From positions 1,888,001 through 1,952,000 of the forward strand of contig OZ244252.1 of the NCBI GenBank assembly GCA_965217185.1: a DNA stretch of 64,000 nt, in the 5' to 3' direction. The notes beneath the pieces are model-generated. The model did not search any database. It had not been told where the DNA came from and saw only the letters and a list, made by a program, of their open reading frames with translations. The position numbers were made by a program, and so were the translations under genes. Shown one piece after another: positions 51,256 through 61,654 of the stretch (position 1 is its first letter; every line of letters begins with the position of its first letter). The stretch is from an uncultured Candidatus Entotheonella sp. Its GTDB lineage: Bacteria > Tectomicrobia > Entotheonellia > Entotheonellales > Entotheonellaceae.

Positions 51256-52452
51256 CTACGGACGCTCAAACAACGCCGCGACGCCTTGGCCGCCGCCGAC
51301 GCACATGGTCTCCAGGCCGTAGCGGGCGTCGCGGCGTTGCATCTCGTGCAGCAGGGTGGTGAGAATGCGCGCACCGGTGGCAGCAATGGGATGGCCCAGC
51401 GAAATGCCGGAGCCGTGCACGTTCAGCTTGCTGTCGTCCTCCAGCTTCCATTCCTTCACCACCGCCAGCACCTGGGAGGCGAAGGCTTCATTGAGCTCGA
51501 TCACGTCGATGTCGTCGAACGTCACGCCGGTGCGCGCGAACAGCTTGTGCACCGCCGGCACCGGTCCGATGCCCATGTAGGCGGGGTGTACACCGGCCAC
51601 CGACCAGCCCCTCAGAAAAGCCATCGGCGTCAGCCCCAGCTCGTCGAGTTTGTCGGCAGCCACAACCAGGCAGACCGACGCGGCGTCGTTCTGCGAGCTG
51701 GCGTTCCCCGCCGTCACGGTGCCGCCTTTCGTCATTGGCCGCAGCTTGGCGAGAACCTCCAGGGACGTGTCAGGGCGCGGCCCCTCGTCCGCCTCAAACA
51801 CCTTGGGGTCGCCGCGACGCTGTGGCACGCTGACCGGCACGATCTCGTCGGCGAACAGGCCCTGCTCCCGCGCCGCCACGGCGCGCTGGTGGCTGCGCAG
51901 GGCGTAAGCGTCTTGCTCCTCGCGCGAGATATCGTGGCGCTCGGCGAGGTTTTCCGCCGTCTCGATCATCCCGGAGATGAACCCGAAACGCTCCTCGGGG
52001 GCCACCGTGAAACGCGCCCGCGTCAGGCGGTCGTGCAGGGTCACCGAGCCCAGGCGGCTACCGCTCCGCATGTCCGTGCTGTAGAACTCCACCCGGCTCA
52101 TGCTCTCGACGCCACCGGCGATCACCACGTCCGCGTTGCCGGTCTGCACCATCATGCTGGCGTTGAGGATGGCCTGCAGGCCGGACGAACAACGGCGGTC
52201 CAACTGATACCCCGGCACCTCGATGGGCAGCCCGGCCTTCAGGGCGCACAGGCGGCCGATCGCCGGCTCCTCGCCGCTCGCATAGCCGTGCCCCAGGATG
52301 ACCTCGTCCACCTTTTCGGGCGCCAGGCTCGTGCGCTCCAAGGCGGCTTTGATAACCGTCGATCCCAACTCGGCGGCAGATACGTCCTTCAGCGCCCCAC
52401 CAAAGCTCCCGACCGCCGTGCGAACAGGGCTGACAATGGCGACATCTCTCAC
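51256..52452 (-). CDS. Acetyl-CoA C-acyltransferase (thiolase)
   Basis: RRCSSG, NEAFA, GHPIAATG and CVGGGQG motifs. Confidence 0.95.
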   Translation of the reverse strand: MRDVAIVSPVRTAVGSFGGALKDVSAAELGSTVIKAALERTSLAPEKVDEVILGHGYASGEEPAIGRLCALKAGLPIEVPGYQLDRRCSSGLQAILNASMMVQTGNADVVIAGGVESMSRVEFYSTDMRSGSRLGSVTLHDRLTRARFTVAPEERFGFISGMIETAENLAERHDISREEQDAYALRSHQRAVAAREQGLFADEIVPVSVPQRRGDPKVFEADEGPRPDTSLEVLAKLRPMTKGGTVTAGNASSQNDAASVCLVVAADKLDELGLTPMAFLRGWSVAGVHPAYMGIGPVPAVHKLFARTGVTFDDIDVIELNEAFASQVLAVVKEWKLEDDSKLNVHGSGISLGHPIAATGARILTTLLHEMQRRDARYGLETMCVGGGQGVAALFERP

Positions 52453-52867
52453 GGTGTTTCCCCTTGTTTATGGAAAGGTTGTTGACGCGGGTGGTCCCTG
52501 AAATAAGGGCGCGAACGACTGTAGGATATTCGCCGGCCGCAAGCAACCGCCACAGGGTTGACCCTGTTCGGCAGGCCGCCGCACACTGCGAAGCTGACAC
52601 AATCCGCAAATTTGCTTCATCCGCAGGCCAGGGTATGACGACAAACGAGGACAAACGAGAAGGAGATACACACAGGGTCGCACAAGCTGAATCCAGGCCA
52701 ACGCCAACCTTGGCAAAGATCAAAGAATGGCTGGCCCTTGCCAGCGTCATCGTGGTCGTTGCAGGCGGCATCGCCGGCGAAAGAACGTCACCTCGGACCC
52801 TGTTTCAAGAACGGGGCAGGCTTTGATCCGGGGCCGGAGTCCAGAGGTTTTCGGACGTACAACGGCC

Positions 52868-52894
52868 CTGGATTCCGGCATGCGCCGGAATGAC
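52868..52894 (-). repeat. CGTC/GTCAT-type REP-like palindrome
   Basis: Reverse complement reads GTCATTCCGGCGCATGCCGGAATCCAG; a degenerate relative lies at about 42877-42902. Confidence 0.6.
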
Positions 52895-53306
52895 ACTACG
52901 GTAACCTTGTATGACGCTAATCAATCTTGCAGGTTGATCCGCAACCGCCCTGGAAATCAACGTCGAACGCCAGCCGCCGTTGAAGCCGAACGGCGCCGAG
53001 CGGCGCGAGTACCGGAACACGCCGGGGGAGTCGACGATCACCGTGCCGTCCGGCGGGATGATCGTGCCGGCCCTGGACTGGCCAATCTCGTTTTTCTCCG
53101 GCATCACGTTGAAGATGATGGAACGGTCCTGGTTGGGGAAGAACGCATCGGACAGGCCTGCCGGCAGGTTCACCTTGGTGATTTCCGTTTCCGATGGTGT
53201 CGGGCGTCGAGCCGATGAGCCTGGCGGCTTCGCCTATGCCGGCCGGCTCGCCACTTGGCTCTCAAAGGCGTCCTCACGCTGACCGAAAGCGGTGCCTGCC
53301 CCCGGG

Positions 53307-54248
53307 TCACGGGTGGCGCGGCAGGCCGCCCGAAGCTCTCCGGCCGGCGTTCTCTGCCTCCTCCAGGATCCACTCGCGAAACGCCTGCACCTCGGGCCGC
53401 TGCCGTGAGGCGGCGGTGGTGATCAGGCAGCAGCGCTCGGGCGCCTCGGCCTGGCGCTCGAACAGCGGCACCAGGGTTCTCCCTTCAAGCTCGCGGGCAA
53501 TCAGCATCGGGCGCCCGACGGCGGCCCCCAGCCCGTGCACCGCGGCCTCCACCAGCATGCTGTAGAGACGGAAACCGGACGCCTGCGACAGGTCCGGCGT
53601 GGGCGCTCCCTGGCGCGCGAACCAGTACGACCAGTCGGCGTCCCAGCCGAGATCGTAGAGCAGCGGCCAGCGGTGCAGGTCGGCCGGACGGCGCGGCCGG
53701 CCCCGCGCGGCGAGCAGGACCGGGCTGCACACCGGCAACAGGTCCTCCTCGTAGAGCGTCTCCTCCAGAAGCGTGTCCTCGCGCCGCGTTACCGGGCGCG
53801 GCGCCGCAGTCTCGCCGGTGTAGGCAAGCCAGGCGTCGAAGTCGTGCTGGGCCGGGTCGACGCCCCGGTGGTTGGTCTCCAGCTCGATGGCGATGTCGGG
53901 ATGCGCCACCTTGAACGACACCAGCCTCGGCACCAGCCACTTCTGGGCCACCGCCTCGACCGAGACGATGCGCACCCGCCGGGAATTAAGGCGTTGGCGC
54001 TCGGAGACGCCGTGGACGTCGGCCAGGATGCGCTGCACCTCCTTGAGATAGGCGCGGCCCTTGGAGTTGAGGTGCACACCGCGGCGGCGATCGAAGAGCC
54101 GTGCGTCGAGATGCTTCTCCAGGCTGCGGATGCGGTGGGCGACGGCGGCGGGGGTGACGCCGAGCTCGTCTGCGGCGTTGGCGAAGCTCTGGTGGCGGGC
54201 GGCGGCCTCGAAGAAGCGCAGGCTATCGAGCGGCGGCAGGGTCAGCAT
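53307..54248 (-). CDS. LysR-family (GcvA-like) regulator, copy 1
   Basis: LPPLDSLRFFEAAARHQSF...ELGVTPAAV...WLVPRL...PVCSP. Confidence 0.9.
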   Translation of the reverse strand: MLTLPPLDSLRFFEAAARHQSFANAADELGVTPAAVAHRIRSLEKHLDARLFDRRRGVHLNSKGRAYLKEVQRILADVHGVSERQRLNSRRVRIVSVEAVAQKWLVPRLVSFKVAHPDIAIELETNHRGVDPAQHDFDAWLAYTGETAAPRPVTRREDTLLEETLYEEDLLPVCSPVLLAARGRPRRPADLHRWPLLYDLGWDADWSYWFARQGAPTPDLSQASGFRLYSMLVEAAVHGLGAAVGRPMLIARELEGRTLVPLFERQAEAPERCCLITTAASRQRPEVQAFREWILEEAENAGRRASGGLPRHP

Positions 54249-54421
54249 GGCGACTATCCAGAGGAGTCCAAAGACCAAATGTGGTTATGTCATCGCATCG
54301 AAGAGGCTTAGGACATGAAGTGATTATGTTATCGCATATCCGCGCGGTGCAGGCAAGGTCGGGCTGTGGCGGGCGCTAGAGCATTTTCGGATCAATCTGA
54401 CTTGCTCGTTCGTCACCCTCC

Positions 54422-54701
54422 ATCACTCCCCCCTTGAGGGGGAGTCGGCGAAACGGTACAAACCTTGGCGTATGATGCCCATCAGGAAGGCTCTGAGGGG
54501 GAGGCTCAGGGTGCGGGGACGAGACTCAGAGGGTGTTTGTGAATAGCGACGCCTTCCTGGGAGCGCGGGCATCTTGCCCGCTGGCTTCCGCTTGGCGGGC
54601 GGGAAGCCCGCGCTCCCAGAGCCTGCCCATGCCTCCCCCCCACCGGCGCGCCGACGGGCTGCGCCCTTGGTTCGCCGACTCCCCTTCAAAGGGGGAGTAA
54701 T
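54422..54701. mobile_element. MITE-like non-coding element with a nested REP pair
   Basis: 31-bp terminal inverted repeats (54422-54452 and 54671-54701; 28/31 match). Internal inverted repeat CTGGGAGCGCGGGC...GCCCGCGCTCCCAG at 54557-54619. Confidence 0.6.
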
Positions 54702-54727
54702 CAAGGTCACATGGATCCAAAAGTCCT

Positions 54728-54850
54728 CTAGCCGCCGTCGGCCCTCGGGTCCGCCGGCGGCTCGCGGAACAGGAAATCCTCGGCGCCGAGGTCGGAAACA
54801 TCGGTGTCATCCAGCCGGATCGTGCCGTCGCCCTGCGTCTCGGTGCGCCG
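54728..54850 (-). pseudogene. C-terminal remnant of an RTX/hemolysin-type Ca-binding secreted protein
   Basis: GDGTIRLDDTDVSDLGAEDFLF resembles the T1SS-substrate C-terminal motif. Confidence 0.5.
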
Positions 54851-55023
54851 GTTGCCCGCGCGCCGGAGGGGCGCCATACACGAAACAGAAAAACCGTAAT
54901 GCCTCCCATATGCCGCCCACATGGGAGATAGACAAAAACAGGAAAGACGGGAAGAAGGGCGGGCGGTGGCGATGCGGGACAGGTAGGGCGGCGACGCCCC
55001 GCCGGCGGTAAGGCAGGGGGCTG

Positions 55024-56169
55024 TCAGCGCCGCGGCAAGGCGTCCATGGCCAGCACCAGCCGCACCAGGGCCACCCGGCCAGGCAGGCCGTGCTTCCGGT
55101 ACACCTGCTTCAGCAGCCAGCGCACGTAGCCTTCCTGGTAGACCGTCGCCTGGGCGATGTCGCGCACGCTGCGGCCCTCGGCCAACAGCGCCGCCACCCG
55201 GCCCTCCACGGGCGTCAGGCCGAGCGTCACCGCCACCCGGCGCCCACTGATGCGCGCATGCCTCGCGGGGTCCACCACCAGAACCAGGACGGCGACGCCA
55301 CGGCCTCCCAAGTCCGTCTGATGAGCAGCCAGCGGGCTGACGTGCAACCCCAGGCGCGGCGCGCCGGAGGGGCGCCTCACCGTCATCGAGCCGCCACGCG
55401 GCGACTCGCCCTCGAACGCCGGCAACGCCCGCGCCAGCAGCCGCTGCAAACGGCTGTGGTCCGCCGGCAGCCAGGCGTGCAGGAAGCCGCCCTGATCCAA
55501 CAGCCCCTCGCCGCGCTGCAGAAGGGCCAGGGCACGGTCGTTCGCCGCCACCAGGCGCCCGCGCCGGTCGAGATGGAGGACGCCGATGCGGCTGTTGTCC
55601 AGCAGGCGCGACAAGCCGGCCCCCAGGCCCTCGGCGGCCGCCAGCGCCTAGCGGACGCTGACGAAATGGCGGATATGCGGCAGCAGGCGCTCGGCCATGT
55701 CGATGTCGGCGGCGCCCCAGCCGCCCGCCTCGATGGGGTCGCCAAGGGCCCACACGATGCGCGAACCGGCCGGCCCGTCGAGGCGCACGTTCAAGCCCCG
55801 CTGGCTACCGATGCGGCGCAGTCCCTCGTTGTACACCGGCGAGGTCTTCAACTCCTGCTCGCTGTAGAGGTCGGGGACGTGAACCAGGCGGCTGTCGGGC
55901 AATTGCCGCAGGCGCGGCAGCCGTTCGTCGTGGGGGTGGTAGAGGTCGAAATACTCGCGCTCCAGGTCGTGGCGGCGCTCGCCGCGCCGGTAGTAGCCGG
56001 CAAAGAAGACGCACACGTCGTCGCCAACGCCTTCGCCGACGACCAGCGCATTGCCGGTGGCGCCGCAGGCCGCCTCGATCAGGGCCGAGGTGGACGGCCA
56101 GTGGACATCGTCGAGCATGGCCTGGTGCAGGGACGCAAGGATGCGGTCGAACGTATCGAGTCGGCTCAT
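55024..56169 (-). pseudogene. PAS/LuxR-HTH regulator with an internal TAG stop (55648-55650)
   Basis: Two in-frame ORFs colinear with the paralog at 59537-60700; VR*ALAAA here versus VRQALAAA there. Confidence 0.85.
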
Positions 56170-56229
56170 GACGCGACCTCCCGGACGACTTTCGGGTGCA
56201 GCCCGCCGCTTCGGCCGGCGGCGCCAACC

Positions 56230-56500
56230 GAGGGCCTCGAACCCGCAAGTGCCCCGCTTGCGGCGGTCGTGCCCCCGGACCGCACCGCCTCAAGACGGCC
56301 GGTTTGTTCCCGGTCATAGCTGGCGATATGGCCGCCGGGGTCGTCAACCAGGCCGGAGAGGCAGACCGTTGCGCCGGCGTCGGCAACCGGGTGCGGACCA
56401 GCCTGCAGGGTCGGCGGCTGGTTGACAGTGGTTGATTCTTCCCCTCTGTCTTCCCGGCCACCCCCGCACGCCGACAGAAGCACCGCCAGTACCGTTGTCG
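56230..56500 (-). pseudogene. Remnant of a lipoprotein with a PKD/Ig-like domain
   Basis: Lipobox LLSAC-GGG, then NQPPTLQAG...DAGATVCLSG..DDPGGHIASY..EQTG. Confidence 0.5.
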
Positions 56501-56936
56501 GCGGGTGACGCTGCGCCCGCGCCCGAGGCGCCGTCATGGCTTCGGCGCTCGGCAAAGGCCGGCGCCTTCAGCCGTCAACCCAAAAACTTCAAGCCGCTTG
56601 GCACAGATCAAGCTCATTACCCTGCGTCCCTCCCGAATCGCGTTTTTCAACCCCGGCGCGGCGGCCGCAGCCAAGCCGCTACCGGACGACAGAAGACTGT
56701 AACACAAACAAATTAAGTCCTTTGCATACAAAATTTTATTGTCAATGACGTACATGAATTTAGTCATCGAATGTCTCTCTCGATGCCTCATGACGCCCCA
56801 TCGCACCCAGCCACAGGCATGAAACCGCATTTCACCGCGCCAGGTTGTTATGCCTTGTTCAATAGAATAATTTGTGCTATGAATAACTTGTGTTTGTTAA
56901 TGGAATATCCACCTCTGACGCGATGCCATTGATCCG

Positions 56937-57224
56937 GTGAAACCTCTTCCTCCCCTCAACTGCCTGCGCTTCTTCGAGGCCGCCGCACGCCACCAGAGCT
57001 TCGCCCGCGCTGCGGACGAGATCGGCGTCACCGCCGCCGCCGTCGCCCACCGCGTCCGCTTGCTCGAAAGCCATCTGCGAGCCGATCTCTTCGTCCGCCG
57101 TTCTCGCAGCGTCCGCCTCAACCGGCGCGGCCGCGCCTACTTCAAAGAGGTCCAGCGCATCCTCCTGGACATCCGCCACAGCACCGAATTCCACGCCGAC
57201 CGCCGCCGCTTCCGCAGCCCCTGA
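56937..57224 (+). CDS. LysR HTH-only protein
   Basis: LPPLNCLRFFEAAARHQSFARAADEIGVT; ends after the linker helix (95 aa). Confidence 0.7.
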   Translation: MKPLPPLNCLRFFEAAARHQSFARAADEIGVTAAAVAHRVRLLESHLRADLFVRRSRSVRLNRRGRAYFKEVQRILLDIRHSTEFHADRRRFRSP

Positions 57225-57324
57225 AACCCGCCGCCCGATCTTGCCTGCTCCGGGCGGACATGCGATAACATGGCCACGTTTGACATAATCACATTTGGCC
57301 TATGGACTCATCTGGATAGTCGCC

Positions 57325-58303
57325 ATGCTGACCCTGCCGCCGCTCGATAGCCTGCGCTTCTTCGAGGCCGCCGCCCGTCACCAGAGCTTCGCCAACGCCG
57401 CAGGCGAGCTCGGCGTCACCCCCGCCGCCGTCGCCCACCGCATCCGCAGCCTGGAGAAGCATCTCGACGCACGGCTCTTCGATCGCCATCGCCGCAGCGT
57501 GCGCCTCAACCCCAAGGGCCGCGCCTATCTCAAGGAGGTGCAGCGCATCCTGGCCGACGTCCACGGCGTCTCCGAGCGCCAGCGCCTGCATCCCCGGCGG
57601 GTGCGCATCGTGTCGGTCGAGGCGGTGGCCCAGAAGTGGCTGGTGCCGAGGCTGGCGTCGTTCAAGGCGGCGCATCCCGACATCGCCATCGAGCTGGAGA
57701 CCAACCACCGGGGCGTCGACCCGGCCCAGCACGGCTTCGACGCCTGGCTCGCCTACACCGGCGAGACGGCGGCGCCGCGCCCGGTAACGCGGCGCGAGGA
57801 CACGCTTCTGGAGGAGACGCTGTACGAGGAGGACCTGTTGCCGGTGTGCAGCCCGATTCTGCTGGCGGCGCGGGGGCGGCCGCGCCGTCCGGCCGACCTG
57901 CACCGCTGGCCGCTGCTCTACGATCTCGGCTGGGACGCCGACTGGTCGTACTGGTTCGCGCGCCAGGGAGCGCCCACGCCGGACCTGTCGCAGGCGTCCG
58001 GTTTCCGTCTCTACAGCATGCTGGTGGAGGCCGCGGTACACGGGCTGGGAGGCCGCCGTCGGGCGCCGGATGCTGATCGCCCGCGAGCTTGCAAGGGGAG
58101 ATCTGGTGCCGCTGTTCAAGCGTCAGGCCGAGGCGCCCGAGCGCTGTTGCCTGATCACCACCGCCGCCTCACGGCAGCGGCCCGAGGTGCAGGCGTTTCG
58201 ACAGTGGATCCTGGAGGAGGCAGAGAACGGTGGCCGGAGAGCTTCGGACGGCTTGCCGCGCCACCCGCGAACCGGCGGCAGGCACCGCTTTCGGTCAACG
58301 TGA
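57325..58303 (+). pseudogene. LysR-family regulator, copy 2, with +1 frameshift near 58050
   Basis: Near-identical to copy 1. CTGGGAGGCC here versus CTGGGGGCC in copy 1; the C-terminus continues in ORF 58070-58303. Confidence 0.85.
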
Positions 58304-58842
58304 GGGCGGCTTCGAGAGCCAGGTGGCGATCCGGTCGGCATAGGTGAAGCGTGCCGGCCAGCCGCCGGTGGGGCTTGGCGTACAGCGCCACGAACGGCCT
58401 GATCCTGGATTTCAGGAAGCCGGTGGCGCGTTGCGGTGAGCGGGAGTGGCGCTACAAGGAGGCGGTCCATCGCCAATGCGGGCGCGGTGCGGTCGGCGCG
58501 CTTCCCGAAGTGGTTGGTTTAGGACGTGAAGGGGCAGCACCTCGAAGGCAAGGAATTCATCGCTGCAAGGGGAACCGTGAGCCGTCTCTTCACGGCTCAC
58601 GTCTCAGCAAGCCCGTGGGCTGCGACCGAGCACGGGCTCCTGGGGCACCGGGACATGCCGGGAACGGAAAGCGCGTTGTTCACCCCAGTGCGCGGAGCGG
58701 GCGGAGCCGGCGGTTCGGAGGTGGAAGCCGGTCGAGCCGGCGGCTCCTGGCGCGCCAGTCCTGACCGCATCTGCCAAATGCAGCCTCGCGCACTGACGCA
58801 CGTTTCGGGGACGTGCCTGCTCATCAGGTGTGACGCACACGA

Positions 58843-59160
58843 TCAAAGGGATGTCTTGTTGGGCCGCCAGCCACGTCCTTCCTGAACGGGGCGACCTCCT
58901 CTTGAATGGCCAACCACGGCCTGTTTGACCAGCGCCACGTCATCACGCATGCGCAAGCCGACGGCAGATAGCCATTCCTTGAGCAGATTCATATCTTCCC
59001 TGAGCGCCCCGACATCCTGCTCAAGCCTGCCCAGGCGCTCGCTGGAACCGGCCTCCGCATCCCTCACTTGCCGCTCGATGCGCGCCTGCCCATCCAGCAA
59101 TTGCGCCAGGCGATCACAGACCTCCGGGAGGCTCACGCCTTCATCCACCGACTTGCCCAT
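58843..59160 (-). CDS. Small coiled-coil hypothetical protein
   Basis: GGAGGAGGG RBS; heptad-like LDGQARIERQV...LGRLEQDVGALREDM. Confidence 0.5.
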   Translation of the reverse strand: MGKSVDEGVSLPEVCDRLAQLLDGQARIERQVRDAEAGSSERLGRLEQDVGALREDMNLLKEWLSAVGLRMRDDVALVKQAVVGHSRGGRPVQEGRGWRPNKTSL

Positions 59161-59536
59161 CCGGCCCTCCTCCTGTACGCCAAGATCAGAGTCCCCTCCT
59201 GACGAGGCAACGGAACTTGCCCTTGCCACCACGTCAAGCCAGGCCGTCGCTCGCAATGCCAGTGCTGCCGCAACGGGAACCTCCACACCTCGCCACACAG
59301 GGAAACAGGCCGAAGGGGGTTGTACCCTTGGCATGGCGACACCATGGCCTCGCCAACGAAGCAAGCAGCCGCCAAGTCACCGGCAAGCAACTGGACGCAC
59401 TATACACGAAAAAGAAAATCAACGATCCCTACCATATGGGAGATAGCGAGGCTAGGAAAGGCTACTGTGAAAAGGCGGGAAGAAGGGCGGGCGGTAGCGA
59501 TGCGGGACGGGTACGCAGGAGATGCCCTAGCCGCGT

Positions 59537-60700
59537 TCAGTCAACAAGCTGTCCGCGCCGCGGCAAAGCGTCCATGGCCAGCACCAGCCGCACCAGGGCC
59601 ACCTGACCCGACAGGCCGTGCTTCCGGTACACCTGCTTCAGCAGCCAGCGCACGTAGCCTTCCTGGTGGGCCGTCGCCAAGGCGATGTCGCGCACGCTGC
59701 GGCCCCCGGCCAACAGCGCCGCCACCCGGCCCTCCGCGGGCGTCAGGCCGAGCGTCACCGACACCCGGCGCGCACTGATGCGCGCACGGCCCGCCGGGTC
59801 CACTACCAGGACCAGGGCGGCGACGCGGCGGGCGCCCAAGTCCATCTGACGAACAGGCACCGGGCTGACGTGCACCACCAGATGCGGCAAGCCGGGCGAA
59901 CGCCTCACCGTCATCGAGCCGCTACGGGGGGAGCCCTCGCCCCCAAACGCCGGCAGCGCGTGCGCCAGCAGCGCCGCCAGCCGGGCGTTGTTCGCCGCCA
60001 GCCGGGCGCGCAGCAATCCGCCCTCGTCGAACAACCCGTCGCCTTGCCGCAGCAGGCGGCGGGCGCGGGCGTTCGCCTCCATGATGCGACCGCCCCGCTC
60101 CAGGTGCACGACCCCGACCCGGGTGCTGTCGAGCAAGCCCGTGAGCGAAGACCCCAGGGCCTCGGCGGCGGCCAGTGCCTGGCGCACCTGCACGAACTGC
60201 CGGATGTGGGGGATGAGGCGCTCGATCGCCTGGAGTTGCGCCGATTGCCAGCCGCCCGCGGCAACAGGGTCGGCAGGCGCCCAGACGATGCGCAGGCCCT
60301 CCGGGCCGTCGAGGCGCACGTTCAGGCTGTTCTGGGCGCCGCCCCGGCGCAGCGCCTCGTTGTACGCCGGCGAGGCCTTCAGTTCCCGCTCGGTGTAGAG
60401 GTCGGTGACGTGCACTAGGCGACTGTCGGGCAGCTTGCGCAGGCGCGGCAGGCGTTCGTCCCACGGGTGGTAGACGTCGAAGTACAGACGCTCCAGGTCC
60501 TGGCGACGCTCGCCGCGCCGGTAGATGCCGGCGTGGAATACCTTGACGTCGGTGCCGAAGCCCTCGCCGACCGCCAAGTCATTGCCGGTCATGCCGCAGG
60601 CGTCGTCGATCAGGGTTGAGGTGGCGGGCCAGTGGGCGTCGTCAAGCATGGCTTGGTGCAACGACGCCAGGATGCCGTTGAAGGTGTCGAGTTGGCTCAC
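59537..60700 (-). CDS. PAS/LuxR-HTH transcriptional regulator (intact copy)
   Basis: GTG start after GGAGGAG; PAS-like IMEANARA; C-terminal LGLTPAEGRVAALLAGG..VRDIA...QVALVRLV. Confidence 0.85.
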   Translation of the reverse strand: MSQLDTFNGILASLHQAMLDDAHWPATSTLIDDACGMTGNDLAVGEGFGTDVKVFHAGIYRRGERRQDLERLYFDVYHPWDERLPRLRKLPDSRLVHVTDLYTERELKASPAYNEALRRGGAQNSLNVRLDGPEGLRIVWAPADPVAAGGWQSAQLQAIERLIPHIRQFVQVRQALAAAEALGSSLTGLLDSTRVGVVHLERGGRIMEANARARRLLRQGDGLFDEGGLLRARLAANNARLAALLAHALPAFGGEGSPRSGSMTVRRSPGLPHLVVHVSPVPVRQMDLGARRVAALVLVVDPAGRARISARRVSVTLGLTPAEGRVAALLAGGRSVRDIALATAHQEGYVRWLLKQVYRKHGLSGQVALVRLVLAMDALPRRGQLVD

Positions 60701-61505
60701 GCGGTCTGGTCTCCTCCGGATGGGCCTGTGTTGTGTCGCCATTGCCGGTGCGCTGATGGCTGATGAGAGTAGGATAACGCCCTTGAGGGCGCGCGGCAAA
60801 GCAATACCTTGCCAGTACGCAGGCTCGCCGGCACTGACAGGCGTGGATGCCCGGTTCACGGCAGGATAAGATGACTGGGGCAGTCGCCGGTTACAGCCTG
60901 CCGGTGGGCAGCGTCCACAGCTTGGTAACCGCCGCCGCTTCGCTGATGGAGATGCAGGTTGCCGGGGGCTGGCAGTCGCCGGCCATGCCGGGGCGAGGCT
61001 GCGATACGGCATGAAGAGGTTACGCAACACCTCCTAACACATTCGGGCCCATTTTTATTCGTGTGTGCCAGGTTGAACACGGGTCATGTCTCCATAAGGT
61101 CTGCAACAGAGCCCGAAGGCTGCGGAGGAGCGCGCGACGTCAGGCGACTATTCGGCGAGTGTCAAGACAACGGGTCGGGTATCGGCCGGCGGTTCGGCCA
61201 CGGTCAAGGTCGAGACGCACACGATTCCGCCATGCTGAACCGCCACGCGAGCTGCGCGGTTGAGGAAGTCACGTCCCCCATATATCCATCGGCACGTGTG
61301 GGGTATATTATTGTCCCCTTGCGCCATCGTACCCTTGTCAGTCGAAGACGGTGCCGGGCCGTTGCGGCCTTGCCGCAGAGCAAGCCAGGCATCTCCCGCC
61401 GGCTTGCGCCTGCGTCGGCGCTGCGCCTTGCAGGCAGATGGTTCGGCGGAGGCGATGCAGGAGCCCCAGACCCAGACCGGACGAGGCTGTTGCAAGGACT
61501 GTGGG

Positions 61506-61537
61506 ATGTCGGATTACGCTGCGCTGATCCGACCTAC
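61506..61537 (-). repeat. GTAG-type REP-like palindrome, copy 3
   Basis: Reverse complement reads GTAGGTCGGATCAGCGCAGCGTAATCCGACAT, one mismatch from copy 1. Confidence 0.8.
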
Positions 61538-61654
61538 GTTTTGAACCGAAAATGTTCGGTTTCTGGCACAATCCAAATACACACGAATTCTGGCCTTTTG
61601 GACAGAAATTCTGTGTTGTCACAAGCGGCGTGCAATACGGAAGGAACGCAATCC

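Noticed and set aside
52464..53225. Short ORFs between the thiolase and LysR genes
   Set aside because: They are possibly gene fragments, but no family was recognisable and a REP-like element interrupts them.
50398..60700. AHL quorum-sensing circuit (lactonase plus LuxR)
   Set aside because: The LuxR-type proteins have no recognisable autoinducer-binding domain, there is no luxI, and lactonase-family membership does not establish the substrate.
60959..61654. N-terminal extension of the 692-aa ORF
   Set aside because: Lyase homology begins at MQDEPT (61655); the upstream part is non-protein-like and crosses a REP element.
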